The notes beneath the pieces are model-generated. The model was given only the letters and a program-made list of their open reading frames with translations. It ran no database searches and was not told the DNA's origin. Made by a program: the position numbers and the translations under genes. From contig OY969695.1 in assembly GCA_963701965.1 (NCBI GenBank), positions 832,001 to 896,000 on the forward strand: 64,000 nucleotides of DNA. The letters run 5' to 3'. Shown piece after piece: positions 39,289 through 50,193 of this stretch. The first letter of the stretch is position 1, and each line of letters opens with the position of its first letter. This stretch comes from an uncultured Gemmatimonadales bacterium (GTDB taxonomy: Bacteria > Gemmatimonadota > Gemmatimonadetes > Gemmatimonadales > Gemmatimonadaceae).

Positions 39289-41013
39289 CTACGAGGTCGC
39301 CGAGCCCCGTGCGGCTTCCAGCGCGCGCCGCGCTTGGGGCACCAGCGCGCTCGCGGGATACGTCAGGATGAGATGCTCCCACCGCGCCTGCGCGCCGGCG
39401 ACATCGTGATTCCGTGCCAGCGCGCGTCCCCACTCCAGGTCGGCCTCGGGCGCTTCGGGCGCGTCGGCATATTGCTCCACCACCGAGCGCCAGATCGGCA
39501 CCGCGAGTGCATCCTGATGGCGCGCGGTGTAGAGGCGCGCGGCGAACGCCAGCATGAGCGGCGCGGCATCGCGCACGACATCGCCCGCGGCCACGAACTG
39601 CTTGGCGGCCGACGTGCTGTCGCCGGTGGCCAACGCCACGAACGCTTGCCCGACCGACGGCGCGCTATCGGCGTGCGTCCGCGCCAGGAGGGCGAGCGCG
39701 GTCACGAGATCCGTCGATGGCGCGTCGGCCTGCCGGAGCGCCGTGCGCGCCGTGCGCAGGTCGCCAGCGTAGAGCGCGAGCCATCCGGCAAGCTCGCGGT
39801 CGTCGCCGAGACCGGACGCGGCCACGGCTTCGCGGGCCCGGGTGATGTTGCCCGACCGCACGTATCCCCAGGCCACGTCGCGCGACAGACGGGCGTGCGC
39901 CGAGTCGTCGAGATAGCGGCTATAGGCGCGGACGCTGCGGTCGGCGTCGTCGGCCCGCCCCAACACCGCCAACGCCCGCACGCGCAACGGCAGGAGCGTG
40001 CGGGCCGCGGTCGCCGAATCGACACCGGTCGCCACGGCGCGGTCGGTCAGCGCCAGTGCCGCGGCACCATCGCCGGCGCGGAGTGCCGCTTCGCCCGCCC
40101 GCGCCGCCAGTCGGGCCGTCGCCGGCGGCGGTCCATGCGAGGCATTCAGCACGGCCGTGAACGCGTCGCGAGCGGCGCGCCACTCGCCGGCGGCGTCGGC
40201 GGCGTCGCCGAACTCGTCCCAGGCGTTGAGGGTCGCGGAGTCCGGGTGGAGCGGCGCGAGCGCCTGCCACGCGTCGTGGGCGTCGCCCCAGGCCAGCGCC
40301 AGTGTGCCGTACGCGCGCCGGCTCCCGAGGGTCATCGGAGCACTCAGGAGCGCGGCTCCGACCTGGGCGCGCAATGCGGCGGGCGTCGGCCGGAGGGCGT
40401 AGGCGGCGCTCGGCGCCAGATCGGGCACGCTGTCGACCGCCGTGCGCCAGGCGCGGGCCGAAGCGTCCCACATGCCGAGCGTGGCGCGCAGCTGCGCGGT
40501 CTCGACGAGGAACTCGCGCCCGCTGCCGAACGTGCGCTGGGCGCGTTCCAGGACCGAGTCGGCGGCTTGGGGACGGCCTTCCTCCAGCAGAATGCGCGCG
40601 TAGTCGCGATAGGGCGTGGGATCACGCGGCGCGTCGCGCACCCAGCGCTCGAACGCGGCGCGCTCGTCGTCGGGACGACTCAGCATCCGGAGGGCCCGGA
40701 GCTGAACGGAACGGAACACGGCCTCGCGGGGACGCGCCGCGATCACCGTGTCCAGCAGCGGCAGCAGGGAGTCCGTGTGACTCAGCTCGGCGTAGACGCG
40801 CTCCAGCCCCAGCACGGCGGCCACCGTGTTGTTGCCCACGTGTAGCGCATTGCGATATGCCGCGGCCGCATCGGCCCAGTCGCCGCGCTGCTCGGCGTCG
40901 TAGGCCGCGGAGAGCGGCGACACATCCTGCGCGAGGGCCCGGGCCCCGGTCGCGACCAGCGCGACCCAGACCAGAACGGCGCGGCCCGCGACCCTAGGGC
41001 TGCTGCTGCGCAT
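39289..41013 (-). CDS. Secreted TPR-like repeat protein
   Basis: Signal peptide, Ala-rich helical repeats, C-terminal LILTYPASALVPQARR. Confidence 0.8.
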   Translation of the reverse strand: MRSSSPRVAGRAVLVWVALVATGARALAQDVSPLSAAYDAEQRGDWADAAAAYRNALHVGNNTVAAVLGLERVYAELSHTDSLLPLLDTVIAARPREAVFRSVQLRALRMLSRPDDERAAFERWVRDAPRDPTPYRDYARILLEEGRPQAADSVLERAQRTFGSGREFLVETAQLRATLGMWDASARAWRTAVDSVPDLAPSAAYALRPTPAALRAQVGAALLSAPMTLGSRRAYGTLALAWGDAHDAWQALAPLHPDSATLNAWDEFGDAADAAGEWRAARDAFTAVLNASHGPPPATARLAARAGEAALRAGDGAAALALTDRAVATGVDSATAARTLLPLRVRALAVLGRADDADRSVRAYSRYLDDSAHARLSRDVAWGYVRSGNITRAREAVAASGLGDDRELAGWLALYAGDLRTARTALRQADAPSTDLVTALALLARTHADSAPSVGQAFVALATGDSTSAAKQFVAAGDVVRDAAPLMLAFAARLYTARHQDALAVPIWRSVVEQYADAPEAPEADLEWGRALARNHDVAGAQARWEHLILTYPASALVPQARRALEAARGSATS

Positions 41014-44000
41014 TGATCCGCTTGAAATAATCCAACACGAGCTGGCGATCCTCGGCGCTCAAGCCGCGCAGATCATTCCACGTAGGCTCGCGGAAGCGGG
41101 ATGTGCTCTTGCCCTCGACAGGCGCCGCGCCGGGGTTGAACCCGGGACGGTCGACCGCGGTCTGGGCCTCGCGCTTGCCCGTCGAGTCGCGCTCGTCCTG
41201 CTCCAGGGTGTGGCCGGCGTCGAGCAGCCGGTGGTAGAGGCGTTGTTGGCGGCTGAGCGTGGCCGGATCGGGGCCGCTCCGGGCCATCGCGGCCGCAATC
41301 TCCCGCGCTTCGCGCGCCAGGGCGTCGGCGCGGCCGCTGGCGTCGGCGCCGCCGATCGCATCGAGGGACTGGGCGACGCGGCGCTGACGCTCGGCCAAGG
41401 CCTGGGCATCGGCGCCGGGTTGTCCGCCGGCGCCCGGCACCAGCGACAGACCTTGGGACTGGGCGTTCAGCGCACCTTGCTGCTGCGCCAGCGATTGCAT
41501 CTGTTGGAGCATCTCGGCGAGGCCGGACGCCGATGACGCAGTGTTGGCGCGCTCGCGGTCGCGCACGAGGGCGGCCGCGGCCTGATTGAGCGCGCTGGCG
41601 GCATCGCGCATGGAGTTCGCGGCTTGTTGCGTCATCCCGCTCTGGCCTGACTGTGAGCCGCTCTGCATCTCGCCGGTCGCCTGGCTCACTTTGTTCCGGG
41701 CATCGCTCAAGGCCCGTTGGGCGGCGCCGGAGATGAGCGCCGACTGGCGGCCGGCACCCTGGAGGCGCGAGTTCGCTTGATCCACCCCCTGCTGGATCGC
41801 GCTCTGTTCGCTCTTCATGCTGTTGCCATCGCCGCCGGACTGCGCCTGCTTGGCCAGCGCATCCTCCTGCCGCGCCATTCTGCAGAGTTTCCTGGATGGA
41901 GCGATCGAGCTCGCCCGTCACGGCTTGCTTCCACTCGTTGATCTGGTTCTGACGCGCCTGCCCGAGCTGGTCGGCGGCCTGGGCCATCTCCTGCGCCGCC
42001 TGCTGCGCCGCCTGGCGCTGGTCCCCGGCCTGGCCGGGCTGCGTGCCACCCTGGGTACCGCCGGGCTGTTGGCCGGGCTGCTGACCCGCTTGCTGCCCGG
42101 GTTGCTGACCCGGTTGCTGCCCCGGTTGCTGGCCGGCTTGCTGTCCCGGCTGCGTGCCGGGCTGCGGACCCGGTTGCTGGCCTGGCTGCCGGCCCAGCTG
42201 CTGCGCCGACTGCTGCCCGGGCTGCGCAGCCTGCGGTTGCCCGGCTTGCTGTTGCCCGTCCGGCTGCGGCGACGGCTGGCCAGCTTGTGGTTGGCCCGAC
42301 TGCGGCTGCCCCGGTTGAGGCCGCGGCTGTCCGGACGGCGGCTGACCGGCCGAGCGCTCTTCCGGACCGGGCGGCCGCTGCGCCAGCTGTTGCTGCCGAC
42401 CGCCAGCGCTATCGCCGCGCCCCGCGGCGCGCTCCATGGCCTGCGCCGACGCGTCGACGTGGGGCTGCGCGGCCCCGACTTGGTGCGCGCCCGTCTCCGC
42501 CTTTTCGCGGGCCAGCCGTTTGGAGAGGCTATCCACCTGCCGCGACAGTTCGCGCGATCGATCGGCGAGCGACTTCGCGTCGTTGGGATTTGGCGCGGTG
42601 CGTTGTTGCGCCACGCTGCTGTCTTTGTGGGCCAGATCCCGCGCCTCGTCGTGCAACGTCTGCATGGCGCCTTCCAGCGCCGCGCGCTTGAGGATGTCGG
42701 CGCTCCGCTCCAACTGATCCCGCAGTTTCTGTTGTTCGCGCGCCAGGTCCCCGAGCGATTGCCGCGCGTCGCCGCCTTGCAGCGACTGCGCGCTCTTATC
42801 GAGTTTGTCCAACTCGGCCTTGAGCTCGGGCGTCATCGCATCCCGCAGCAGCTGCTGCGCCTGATGCAGCTGGTTCGCCAGTCCCGTATCCAGCGCGCCG
42901 GCTTGCTTGAGTTGCTGTTCGAGCTGCCTGGCTTGCTGCTCCAGCGCTTTGACTTTGTCGGCGAGTTGCCGCTGCTCTTGGGCCAGCGCCTTCGCCTGCT
43001 CCGCCGACGCGTACGACAGCGGCTGCGCGCCAGACGCGCCGGCGTTGGCGCCACTCGACTGCTGCTGACTCCCGCCGGACCGATTCGCGCCCGCGCGCTG
43101 GCCGCGCGTGCGCGCCGCGTCGTCGGTCCGCTGTTGGAGCGCCCGCTGGGCTTGCGCCACTTGCGCCGCGCCCGCGACCGCCGAGTCGGCCGTGGCGCGC
43201 GCCAGCGCGCGCTCCTCGGTGACGCTCGGCACCCGGAGGATGAGCTCGCGGCTCATGCCGGTCTGATGCCACGGCGACTCGTCGGTGGCGACGGCGATGA
43301 CGTGCATCGCATCGCCCTGCCCGAGCCCGCGCTGGCTCAGATCGAGCTCCGCGCCCCCGCTCCATTGCGCGGGCGATGCCCCGACGATGTTCTGCTCGAT
43401 GACGGGCGAGTTGCTCCACCCATTCCCGCTGCTGTTGGACCGCCACGACCGGACCACGACCGACGCCAGGCCGTGATCGTCCGACGCCGACAGCGCCAGC
43501 GTGATATGCCCGCCCGGCGTCACGATCGTATCGTGCGCCGGCGCGACAATCTCGATCCGGGGCGCCGAGTCGGGGACGACATCCAGCTCGATCGCGGTCG
43601 GGACATCGGCGATGGTGCCCGCCACGCCGCGCGCCGTCCATTCCCAGCGGCCACTCGTCATCGCCCGGAGCGATCCCGAGAAGCGATGTCCATCGACGCC
43701 GAATCGCGTCGTGTCCTTTCCCCGCGCCAGGGCCACGGAGGCCAACTCGGTGGAGGCCCGGCCATCGATCGAGATGCGCGTCCCGATCGGCACGCGCGCC
43801 ACCTCGCCGGCCGGCAGGGCTTCATCCGCGCGCTTGAGGTAGGCTGGGTAGATCGCCCGCAACGCGATACCGCCCAGAAACGGCTTGTCGGTGACGCGGA
43901 CCATGACGGTGTCGCTGGTCGCCCGTCCATCGGCCGCCACCAGTGAGAGATCGGCGTCGACCGGGCCCAGGGCCAGGCGAGCGGCGCCGTCGCTGACCGG

Positions 44001-44696
44001 ATACCATTGCGTCGACCACGGCGCGCCACGCGCGCGCGTGTACACCGCGATCCGGCGCCGGCCCGGCGCCGTCACCCGGACGGTGGTGCGTTCCCCGCGC
44101 AGCACGTCGCCCGGCGCATCGATCCCCAGCGGCGGCAGGAGCGTGCCGCGCCAGGCTCGGACGGGATGCAGCACGGCGCGCCATCCATCCGGCGCGTTGG
44201 ACGCGAGCGCCACGCACGTGACCGCGGCGGCGGCGGCCACGAGGGCCCAGGCCCCCGCGCGCCGGCGCGCGCTCCGCTGGGTCTCCGGCGCGAGCGCCGA
44301 TCCCCCGGAGCGACTGTCCTTGGCCAGACGCGCCACCAGATCGGCCGCGCCGCGGCGCCCAAGGGGGCCCGAGTGCTCGACCTCGAGCGCGCCTTGCAGG
44401 GCGCCAGCCCGGAGCGACCGCTCGCGCTCGATGGTCCGCGAAACCGCCGAGCGGGTGACAGCGCCCCGCAACCAAAAGGTGGTCAGAGCCGTCGCCGCGG
44501 CGATGACCGCGAGCGCGACGGCCCAAACGAAGAACGGCACCGCGGGCGACAGCGCGAGCCATCGCGCGTCACCCAGGAGCGCGACGGCCGCCGCCAGCAC
44601 CAAGGCCACGCCGGCGCACGCCAGCGCGACGCCGTGCGCCGCGGTCGCGCGTCCCAGACGCCCGCGCTCGCGATCGACGAGCTCGGCGACGGTCAC
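40994..44696 (-). CDS. Large membrane-anchored coiled-coil protein (DUF4175-like; frameshift ~41880)
   Basis: N-terminal TMs, beta-rich region (YPAYL, ASDDHGL), long Q-rich coiled coil, C-terminal VLDYFKRIN; removing one base joins the two ORFs. Confidence 0.75.
42035..42340 (-). repeat. Coding low-complexity repeat (QPGQ/QQPG)n
   Basis: Degenerate 12-15-bp units encoding QPGQQPGQQAGQQPG. Confidence 0.85.
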
Positions 44697-45415
44697 GTGA
44701 CGGGGCGGCTGGTCACGGCGTAGACGAACAGGTTCACGCCCATGCGGAGCGCCGCCTCGTGCAAAGCTGGCGGATCGTTGTACGTGCCCACGTCCTCCCA
44801 ACCGTTCCCCAGATCGCTGGAGAACGTGTAGTACACGGCGAGCCGGTTGCCGAGAAAGATGCCGAAGCCGCGCGCGGGTTTGCCATCGTGCTCGTGGATC
44901 TTGGGCACGCCGTTGGGGAAATCGTAGACGATGTGGTAGATCGGATGCGACAGCGGGACGTCGACCAAGGGCCGGTCGGGAAACACGCGCGCGATCTCCC
45001 GGCGGAAGCTCTCGTCGAGACCATAGTTGTCATCGACGTGCAGGAATCCGCCCCGCGTCAGGTAGTCGCGGAGGCGCACGATCTCTTCGTCGCTGAACCG
45101 GATGTTGCCGTGTCCCGTGACGTGCAGGAACGGATAGTCCCACAGACGATCGTCCATGAGCGTGGTGCGCGCCTCGGTGCGTTCCACCTTGAGCGTGGTC
45201 CGCGCCGCGATCGCGGCCAACAGATTCGGCAGGCTGGACGGATTCGCGTACCAATCGCCGCCGCCATCGTATTGCAGGCGGGCGATGGTCAGTCGTGTCT
45301 CGGCGCGGCCCGATCCGTGCCCCGCTCCGCGGAACGCGAAGCCGGTCGTCGCCGCGACCAGCGCGGCCGCCAGCCACCATCGAGCACGATGTCTTCCCGC
45401 CGGGCGATCATTCAC
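44693..45415 (-). CDS. DUF4159 domain-containing protein
   Basis: ARLQYDGGGDWYANPSSLPNL, GHGN, GGFLHVDDNYG, DLGNGWED. Confidence 0.9.
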   Translation of the reverse strand: MNDRPAGRHRARWWLAAALVAATTGFAFRGAGHGSGRAETRLTIARLQYDGGGDWYANPSSLPNLLAAIAARTTLKVERTEARTTLMDDRLWDYPFLHVTGHGNIRFSDEEIVRLRDYLTRGGFLHVDDNYGLDESFRREIARVFPDRPLVDVPLSHPIYHIVYDFPNGVPKIHEHDGKPARGFGIFLGNRLAVYYTFSSDLGNGWEDVGTYNDPPALHEAALRMGVNLFVYAVTSRPVT

Positions 45416-46268
45416 GCTGTTCTGTCTCCTCCTCGCTGCGCGACTCGTCGCCGTGCGCGAGACGGTAGGCTCTGTTTCGTGAGACGCCGAACTCCTCGAT
45501 CAAGACACGCGTGATGTCGCGCGCGGGCATCCCTTGCCCGCGCAGAGCGCGGGCCTGGTCCAGGACGGCCGCCTCGTCCACCGGGGGCGGTGCGCCGCCA
45601 TCGACGAGCACGACCACCTCGCCCCGCGGATCCTTCTCCGCGTAGTACGCCGCGAGCGTGTCGACCGTTCCCCGCCGCATCTCCTCGTACTGCTTCGTCA
45701 ACTCCCGCGCCACGACGGCGCGGCGGGCGCCGCCGCCCGCGGCGCTGACGTCCGCCAGTGTATCGGCCACCCGGCCGGGCGCCTCATAGAAGATCGTGAG
45801 GTGCGGGCTCGTCGCAATCTGGACGACGACGCCCGCGCGATCCCGCCCCTTGCGGGGCAGAAATCCCAAAAATGTGAATCGGTCCGCGTCGAGCCCGGCT
45901 GCGACGAGGGCCGCGAGCAACGCCGATGCGCCCGGGACGGGCTCGACCGCGATGCCCGCGGCAATAGCGGCGTGCACGAGGCGCGCGCCCGGATCGGACA
46001 GCACCGGCGTACCGGCGTCGGACACGAGGGCCAGCACCGCTCCGTCCGCCAGCTCGGCGACCAGTCCGGGAGATGTCTTGGCTTCGTTATGCTCGTGATA
46101 GGCCGACGTCGCCGTGCGAATGGCGTAGTGATCGAGCAAGGTCCGCGTATGGCGCGTGTCTTCGCACAGAATGCGATCGACGGTTTTCAAGACGTCGACG
46201 GCGCGCAGGGACAGATCGGCCAAGTTGCCGATCGGCGTGCTCACGACGTAGAGGCGGCCCAGTCCCAT
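45408..46268 (-). CDS. rsmI: 16S rRNA (cytidine1402-2'-O)-methyltransferase
   Basis: LYVVSTPIGNL, CEDTR, SDAGTPVLSDPG, ARELTK, RGE. Confidence 0.96.
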   Translation of the reverse strand: MGLGRLYVVSTPIGNLADLSLRAVDVLKTVDRILCEDTRHTRTLLDHYAIRTATSAYHEHNEAKTSPGLVAELADGAVLALVSDAGTPVLSDPGARLVHAAIAAGIAVEPVPGASALLAALVAAGLDADRFTFLGFLPRKGRDRAGVVVQIATSPHLTIFYEAPGRVADTLADVSAAGGGARRAVVARELTKQYEEMRRGTVDTLAAYYAEKDPRGEVVVLVDGGAPPPVDEAAVLDQARALRGQGMPARDITRVLIEEFGVSRNRAYRLAHGDESRSEEETEQRE

Positions 46269-46294
46269 GCGGGAATATGTGGCCTTCCCCAGAC

Positions 46295-46328
46295 AAAAGC
46301 GGCCGGACGCCCCGCGTCCGGCCGCTTT
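46295..46328 (-). terminator. Terminator after trxA
   Basis: 15-bp stem AAAGCGGCCGGACGC/GCGTCCGGCCGCTTT with a T-run on the minus strand. Confidence 0.75.
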
Positions 46329-46347
46329 GCCTGAACGATCTATCCGT

Positions 46348-46674
46348 TCACGCCGCGTGCTGCTTGAACTTGGACTCCAACGCCACCTTCGGCACCGCGC
46401 CGACGACCTGGTCGACCAACTTCCCGTCCTTGAAGAACAGGATGGTCGGGATCGACCGCACGTTGAATCGGATGGCGGTGTTCTGATTGCTGTCGACATC
46501 GAGCTTGGCGACTTTCGCCTTGCCCGCGTACTCGATGGCCAGCTGATCGAGGATCGGCGCGATCATGCGGCACGGACCGCACCACGTCGCCCAGAAATCC
46601 ACGACCGCCAACCCCGCATGCTTCTCGATCTCCTTCTCGAAATCCGTGTCCGATACCGCTATCGCGTTCGACAT
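46348..46674 (-). CDS. trxA: Thioredoxin
   Basis: VDFWATWCGPC, SIPT. Confidence 0.97.
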   Translation of the reverse strand: MSNAIAVSDTDFEKEIEKHAGLAVVDFWATWCGPCRMIAPILDQLAIEYAGKAKVAKLDVDSNQNTAIRFNVRSIPTILFFKDGKLVDQVVGAVPKVALESKFKQHAA

Positions 46675-46702
46675 CTCACACCCTCGTAGATTTACACTGC
46701 CT

Positions 46703-47110
46703 ATGGCCGACACTTCACGCAGCCCCCGCATCGCGCACATTGGCATCGCCGTGCGCGCGCTCGCCGACTCCTTGCCGTTCTACCGCGACGTGCTGGGACT
46801 CCCCACGGTACCGCTAGACAACGCCGACGGCGCCGACATCGCCGGACTGGCGGCGGGTGAGTCCCTCGTGGAACTGCTCGCCCCACGGGAACCCGACTCG
46901 CCGATCGCCAAGTTTCTGGGCGCGCGCGGGCCTGGTATTCATCACATTTGCTTTGCGGTCGACGACCTGGACGGCGCGCTCGAGCGCTGCCGGGCCGCCG
47001 GCATCCGGCTCGTTGACCAAACGCCCCGCATTGGTGCCGAAGGGAAACGGATTGCGTTCCTGCATCCGAGCGCCACTGGAGGCGTGTTGATTGAACTCAC
47101 CGAGAACTAA
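46703..47110 (+). CDS. mce: Methylmalonyl-CoA epimerase
   Basis: IAHIGIAV, GPGIHHICFAV, GAEG..IAFLHP..TGGVLIEL. Confidence 0.92.
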   Translation: MADTSRSPRIAHIGIAVRALADSLPFYRDVLGLPTVPLDNADGADIAGLAAGESLVELLAPREPDSPIAKFLGARGPGIHHICFAVDDLDGALERCRAAGIRLVDQTPRIGAEGKRIAFLHPSATGGVLIELTEN

Positions 47111-47153
47111 CCCCTTACAGGGCTTGGTAGTTCCCGCGTGAACCACTTACGGT

Positions 47154-47666
47154 TCAGTTCGAGTGTTTCTGGCAGAGCGCTTCGATCGGCCGGAGATCGA
47201 CCGTCTCGACGTACCAACGGGACGAAGGCCCCTGAATGGTCGTAACGGTGGTCCCGCGGGTGGTCGATCCCTGGGTCAGCCGCACGGGATACGTCATGCG
47301 GCTACCGGCGGCCGCGCTCGCCGTACCGATGCTATCCGAATCGTGCTTGAGGAAGCACATCATGATCAGTTCGCGCTTCTCGAAATCGTCGTGCCCGACC
47401 ATGTTGCGGAGTGGACCGTTGGTGCCACCCCATACGGCCGAGAACGCCTGGAGATCTTGCGCGCGGGCCGCATCCAGGAAGGCCCGGACGGCGGCGTGGC
47501 CATCGGCGGCGCCGGTCGCGTTGACATCCGTGGGGGCCGGAACGGGCGCGGACATAGGACCCGGCGGATTGGCCGGCGGCGGGCTGGCGGTCCCACCCGT
47601 CCCGCCCGAGGAGCAACCGGCGATCGTCGCCAGTGCTGCGATCCACATGCCCAGGTATGATTTCAC
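47154..47666 (-). CDS. Hypothetical lipoprotein
   Basis: Lipobox IAGC, Pro-rich linker, small domain. Confidence 0.7.
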   Translation of the reverse strand: MKSYLGMWIAALATIAGCSSGGTGGTASPPPANPPGPMSAPVPAPTDVNATGAADGHAAVRAFLDAARAQDLQAFSAVWGGTNGPLRNMVGHDDFEKRELIMMCFLKHDSDSIGTASAAAGSRMTYPVRLTQGSTTRGTTVTTIQGPSSRWYVETVDLRPIEALCQKHSN

Positions 47667-47691
47667 GATGCGAAGCTAGCGAGCCAGTTGA

Positions 47692-48483
47692 ATGCCAGCA
47701 ACCCGACCCCAACCATATCAACGACTTTACATCAACATCGACCACGTCGCCACGCTCCGCCAGGCGCGGCGCGGCGCCGAGCCGGACCCGGTCGCCGCGG
47801 CGATGGTGTGCGAGGACGCGGGGGCCGATGGGATCACGGCCCACCTGCGGGAGGACCGCCGCCACATCCAGGATGCCAATGTCGAGCAGCTCATGGGGGG
47901 CCGGCGCACCGTGTTCAATCTCGAGCTGGCGTGCACCGATGAGATGATCGGGATCGCGGAGCGCCTGCGCCCATTCCAGGCGACCCTCGTTCCCGAGCGC
48001 CGCGAGGAGATCACGACCGAGGGGGGCCTCGACGTCAGCGCCGCTGGCGACCGGATCGCGGTCGCCGTGCGCCGGCTCAAGGCGGCGGGCATCCGGACCA
48101 GCCTGTTCATCGATCCGACCGTGGAAGCGGTCCGGGCATCGCGGGCGGCGGGCGCGGACGCCATCGAACTGCATACGGGTCGCTATGCGGAGAACGGCGA
48201 CGCGGGACCGCTGGTGCGGGCGGCCCGGGAAGGGGCGGCGCTCGGCCTGGCGGTGCACGCCGGTCACGGGCTCACCGTCGGAAACGTCGGACCGGTCGCG
48301 GCCGTCCCCGAGATCGAGGAGCTCAACATCGGACATTCGATCGTGAGCCGGGCGCTGTTCGTCGGTTTGGCCGAAGCGGTGCGCGAGATGCGGGTGGCGA
48401 TGGACCGGGCCCGCTCGTCACTCTCTGGCGGGACCGGGCGGGCTCCATTGGGCGCGGTCGCGCCGGCCGTTCGTCCCGATTAA
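47692..48483 (+). CDS. pdxJ: Pyridoxine 5'-phosphate synthase
   Basis: [39 protein letters not shown]. Confidence 0.97.
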   Translation: MPATRPQPYQRLYINIDHVATLRQARRGAEPDPVAAAMVCEDAGADGITAHLREDRRHIQDANVEQLMGGRRTVFNLELACTDEMIGIAERLRPFQATLVPERREEITTEGGLDVSAAGDRIAVAVRRLKAAGIRTSLFIDPTVEAVRASRAAGADAIELHTGRYAENGDAGPLVRAAREGAALGLAVHAGHGLTVGNVGPVAAVPEIEELNIGHSIVSRALFVGLAEAVREMRVAMDRARSSLSGGTGRAPLGAVAPAVRPD

Positions 48484-48507
48484 CTTCGCGCCGTTGAGAC
48501 TACGCGC

Positions 48508-50184
48508 ATGAGCACGACGCACGATCCGCTGAATTTTTTCACGCTCGAGGCCAGCGAGTGCCTCGAACGGTTGGACGCCATCCTCCACGCGGCGGGTGCG
48601 GATCGTCCGGCTGCCGACGAGTTCGTCCGCGCGGCGCGCACGTTGCGCGGGGCGGCGACCATGCACCGGCTGTCGTCGATCGCCGATCTGGCCGCGGCGC
48701 TGGAGCGGGCCGGGCGCGCGGTGCGGACGGGCGAGTTGCCGTGGGCGGCGCCGCTGGCCGCGGCCCTCGTCGCGGCGGTCGATGATCTCAAGATCCTCGT
48801 GCACAAGGTCCGCTCCTGGAGCGCGACGGAAGACGCGCGCTCGGCGCGGCGCGTCGCGGATCTCGCGCGGTACGTGCCGGCCGGCGTGGACGCGGGCGGC
48901 GCGACGGCCGCGGCCGCGGGCGCCGGGGCCGATCAGTACTTCGCGGCCGAGACGACCGAGATCGCGGTGGCACTGGACGCGTTCACGGCGCGACCCGCGA
49001 CCCGGGGCACGCTGGGTGGGGCCCTCTCCCGGGTGCGCACTTTGCGCGGCGTCGCCGCGGTGCACGATCGGCCGCCCCTCCCCGAAGTGCTCGACGCCGT
49101 GGAGCGCGCCGGCCGATCGATCGAGCTGGACGTCGGGGCGCCCAGTGCGGCGGTCCTGACCTTGCTCATGGCCGCGTCGCAGCTGTTGCGGCGCGTGGCC
49201 GCCGAGCTGCGGGCGGGCAATGCCCGTCATGCGGCGGCGTCCGGCGAGTATCAGCGGTTCCTGAGCGCGCTGGCCGACGTGGAGCGCGTCGCCGAGGCCG
49301 CGGATCGGATCGTGCCGATCGATGAGTTGTTTCACGGCGATGGGTCCAATGGCGTGGTCGACGCGGCGCCGAGCCCGCCGACGACGCCGGCGGAGCGCTT
49401 TCGCCTCGAGGTCGTGAGCCAGGCCGAGCACGCGCGGGCATTGATCGCGGCGGCGGGAGCCGGCGGCCCGCGCGCCGCCGACGAGCTGCGGGCCGCGCTG
49501 CGCGCGATCCGGAATGCGGCGCACAGCTTCGGCGAGCGGGACCTGGCAGCCGCGATCGGGCGGTATGCCGACGGGGCCGAGCGGCAGCTGTTCGGTCCGG
49601 GCGAGCTCCGCGCGGTCGACGAGATCGTGCGCGGGCTGGCCGATACGTCCGCGGATATCCGCGACTTCGCGCCCCGGCCGGTAGACGCGGCGGACGGCGA
49701 AGCCGTGCACGGTCTGGAGAACGAAATCGGGTTGGGGTTCAGCGATACCGCGACGGTTCCCGCAGGATTGGAAACCGATCTTTCGCTGGAGCGCCTGCTG
49801 GGACTGGCCAAGCCGGCGAACGGGTTCGGGAGACCGGACGCCATGCTGACCGCCACGCCGGTCGCCACCCCGGAGAAGAAACCGGCGGCGAGCCCGGGGC
49901 GCGAGCGGACCTCGACGCCGACGGGACGCGAGTTGCACGCGTTCCTCCAGAACGGCATCCAGGAGATCGAGCGTCAGCCCATCGTCTTTGACGACGCGGG
50001 TGACGCCGACGCCGATGACGCCGTGGTGCCGATCGATGGCCTCTTGTATCGCGGCCGGGCCGCGCTCGATCGCGCGCGCCAGTTGCGGGACGAGATTCGC
50101 CGCGCCGAGAGCACGGGCGCCGCGCCCCGTCCCGAGACCCTCGCCGAGCTCCTCGATCTCATCGACCTTGCCGCGACGGCGTAA
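48508..50184 (+). CDS. Protein with repeated degenerate Hpt-like (CheA P1) domains
   Basis: FFTLEASECLERLD...ARTLRGAATM; second unit FAAE...VRTLRGVA; third unit FRLEVVS...AAHSFG. Confidence 0.7.
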   Translation: MSTTHDPLNFFTLEASECLERLDAILHAAGADRPAADEFVRAARTLRGAATMHRLSSIADLAAALERAGRAVRTGELPWAAPLAAALVAAVDDLKILVHKVRSWSATEDARSARRVADLARYVPAGVDAGGATAAAAGAGADQYFAAETTEIAVALDAFTARPATRGTLGGALSRVRTLRGVAAVHDRPPLPEVLDAVERAGRSIELDVGAPSAAVLTLLMAASQLLRRVAAELRAGNARHAAASGEYQRFLSALADVERVAEAADRIVPIDELFHGDGSNGVVDAAPSPPTTPAERFRLEVVSQAEHARALIAAAGAGGPRAADELRAALRAIRNAAHSFGERDLAAAIGRYADGAERQLFGPGELRAVDEIVRGLADTSADIRDFAPRPVDAADGEAVHGLENEIGLGFSDTATVPAGLETDLSLERLLGLAKPANGFGRPDAMLTATPVATPEKKPAASPGRERTSTPTGRELHAFLQNGIQEIERQPIVFDDAGDADADDAVVPIDGLLYRGRAALDRARQLRDEIRRAESTGAAPRPETLAELLDLIDLAATA

Positions 50185-50193
50185 TCCATCGGG

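Noticed and set aside
42035..42340. Possible CRISPR or non-coding repeat array
   Set aside because: In-frame degenerate coding repeat with no unique spacers and no cas genes
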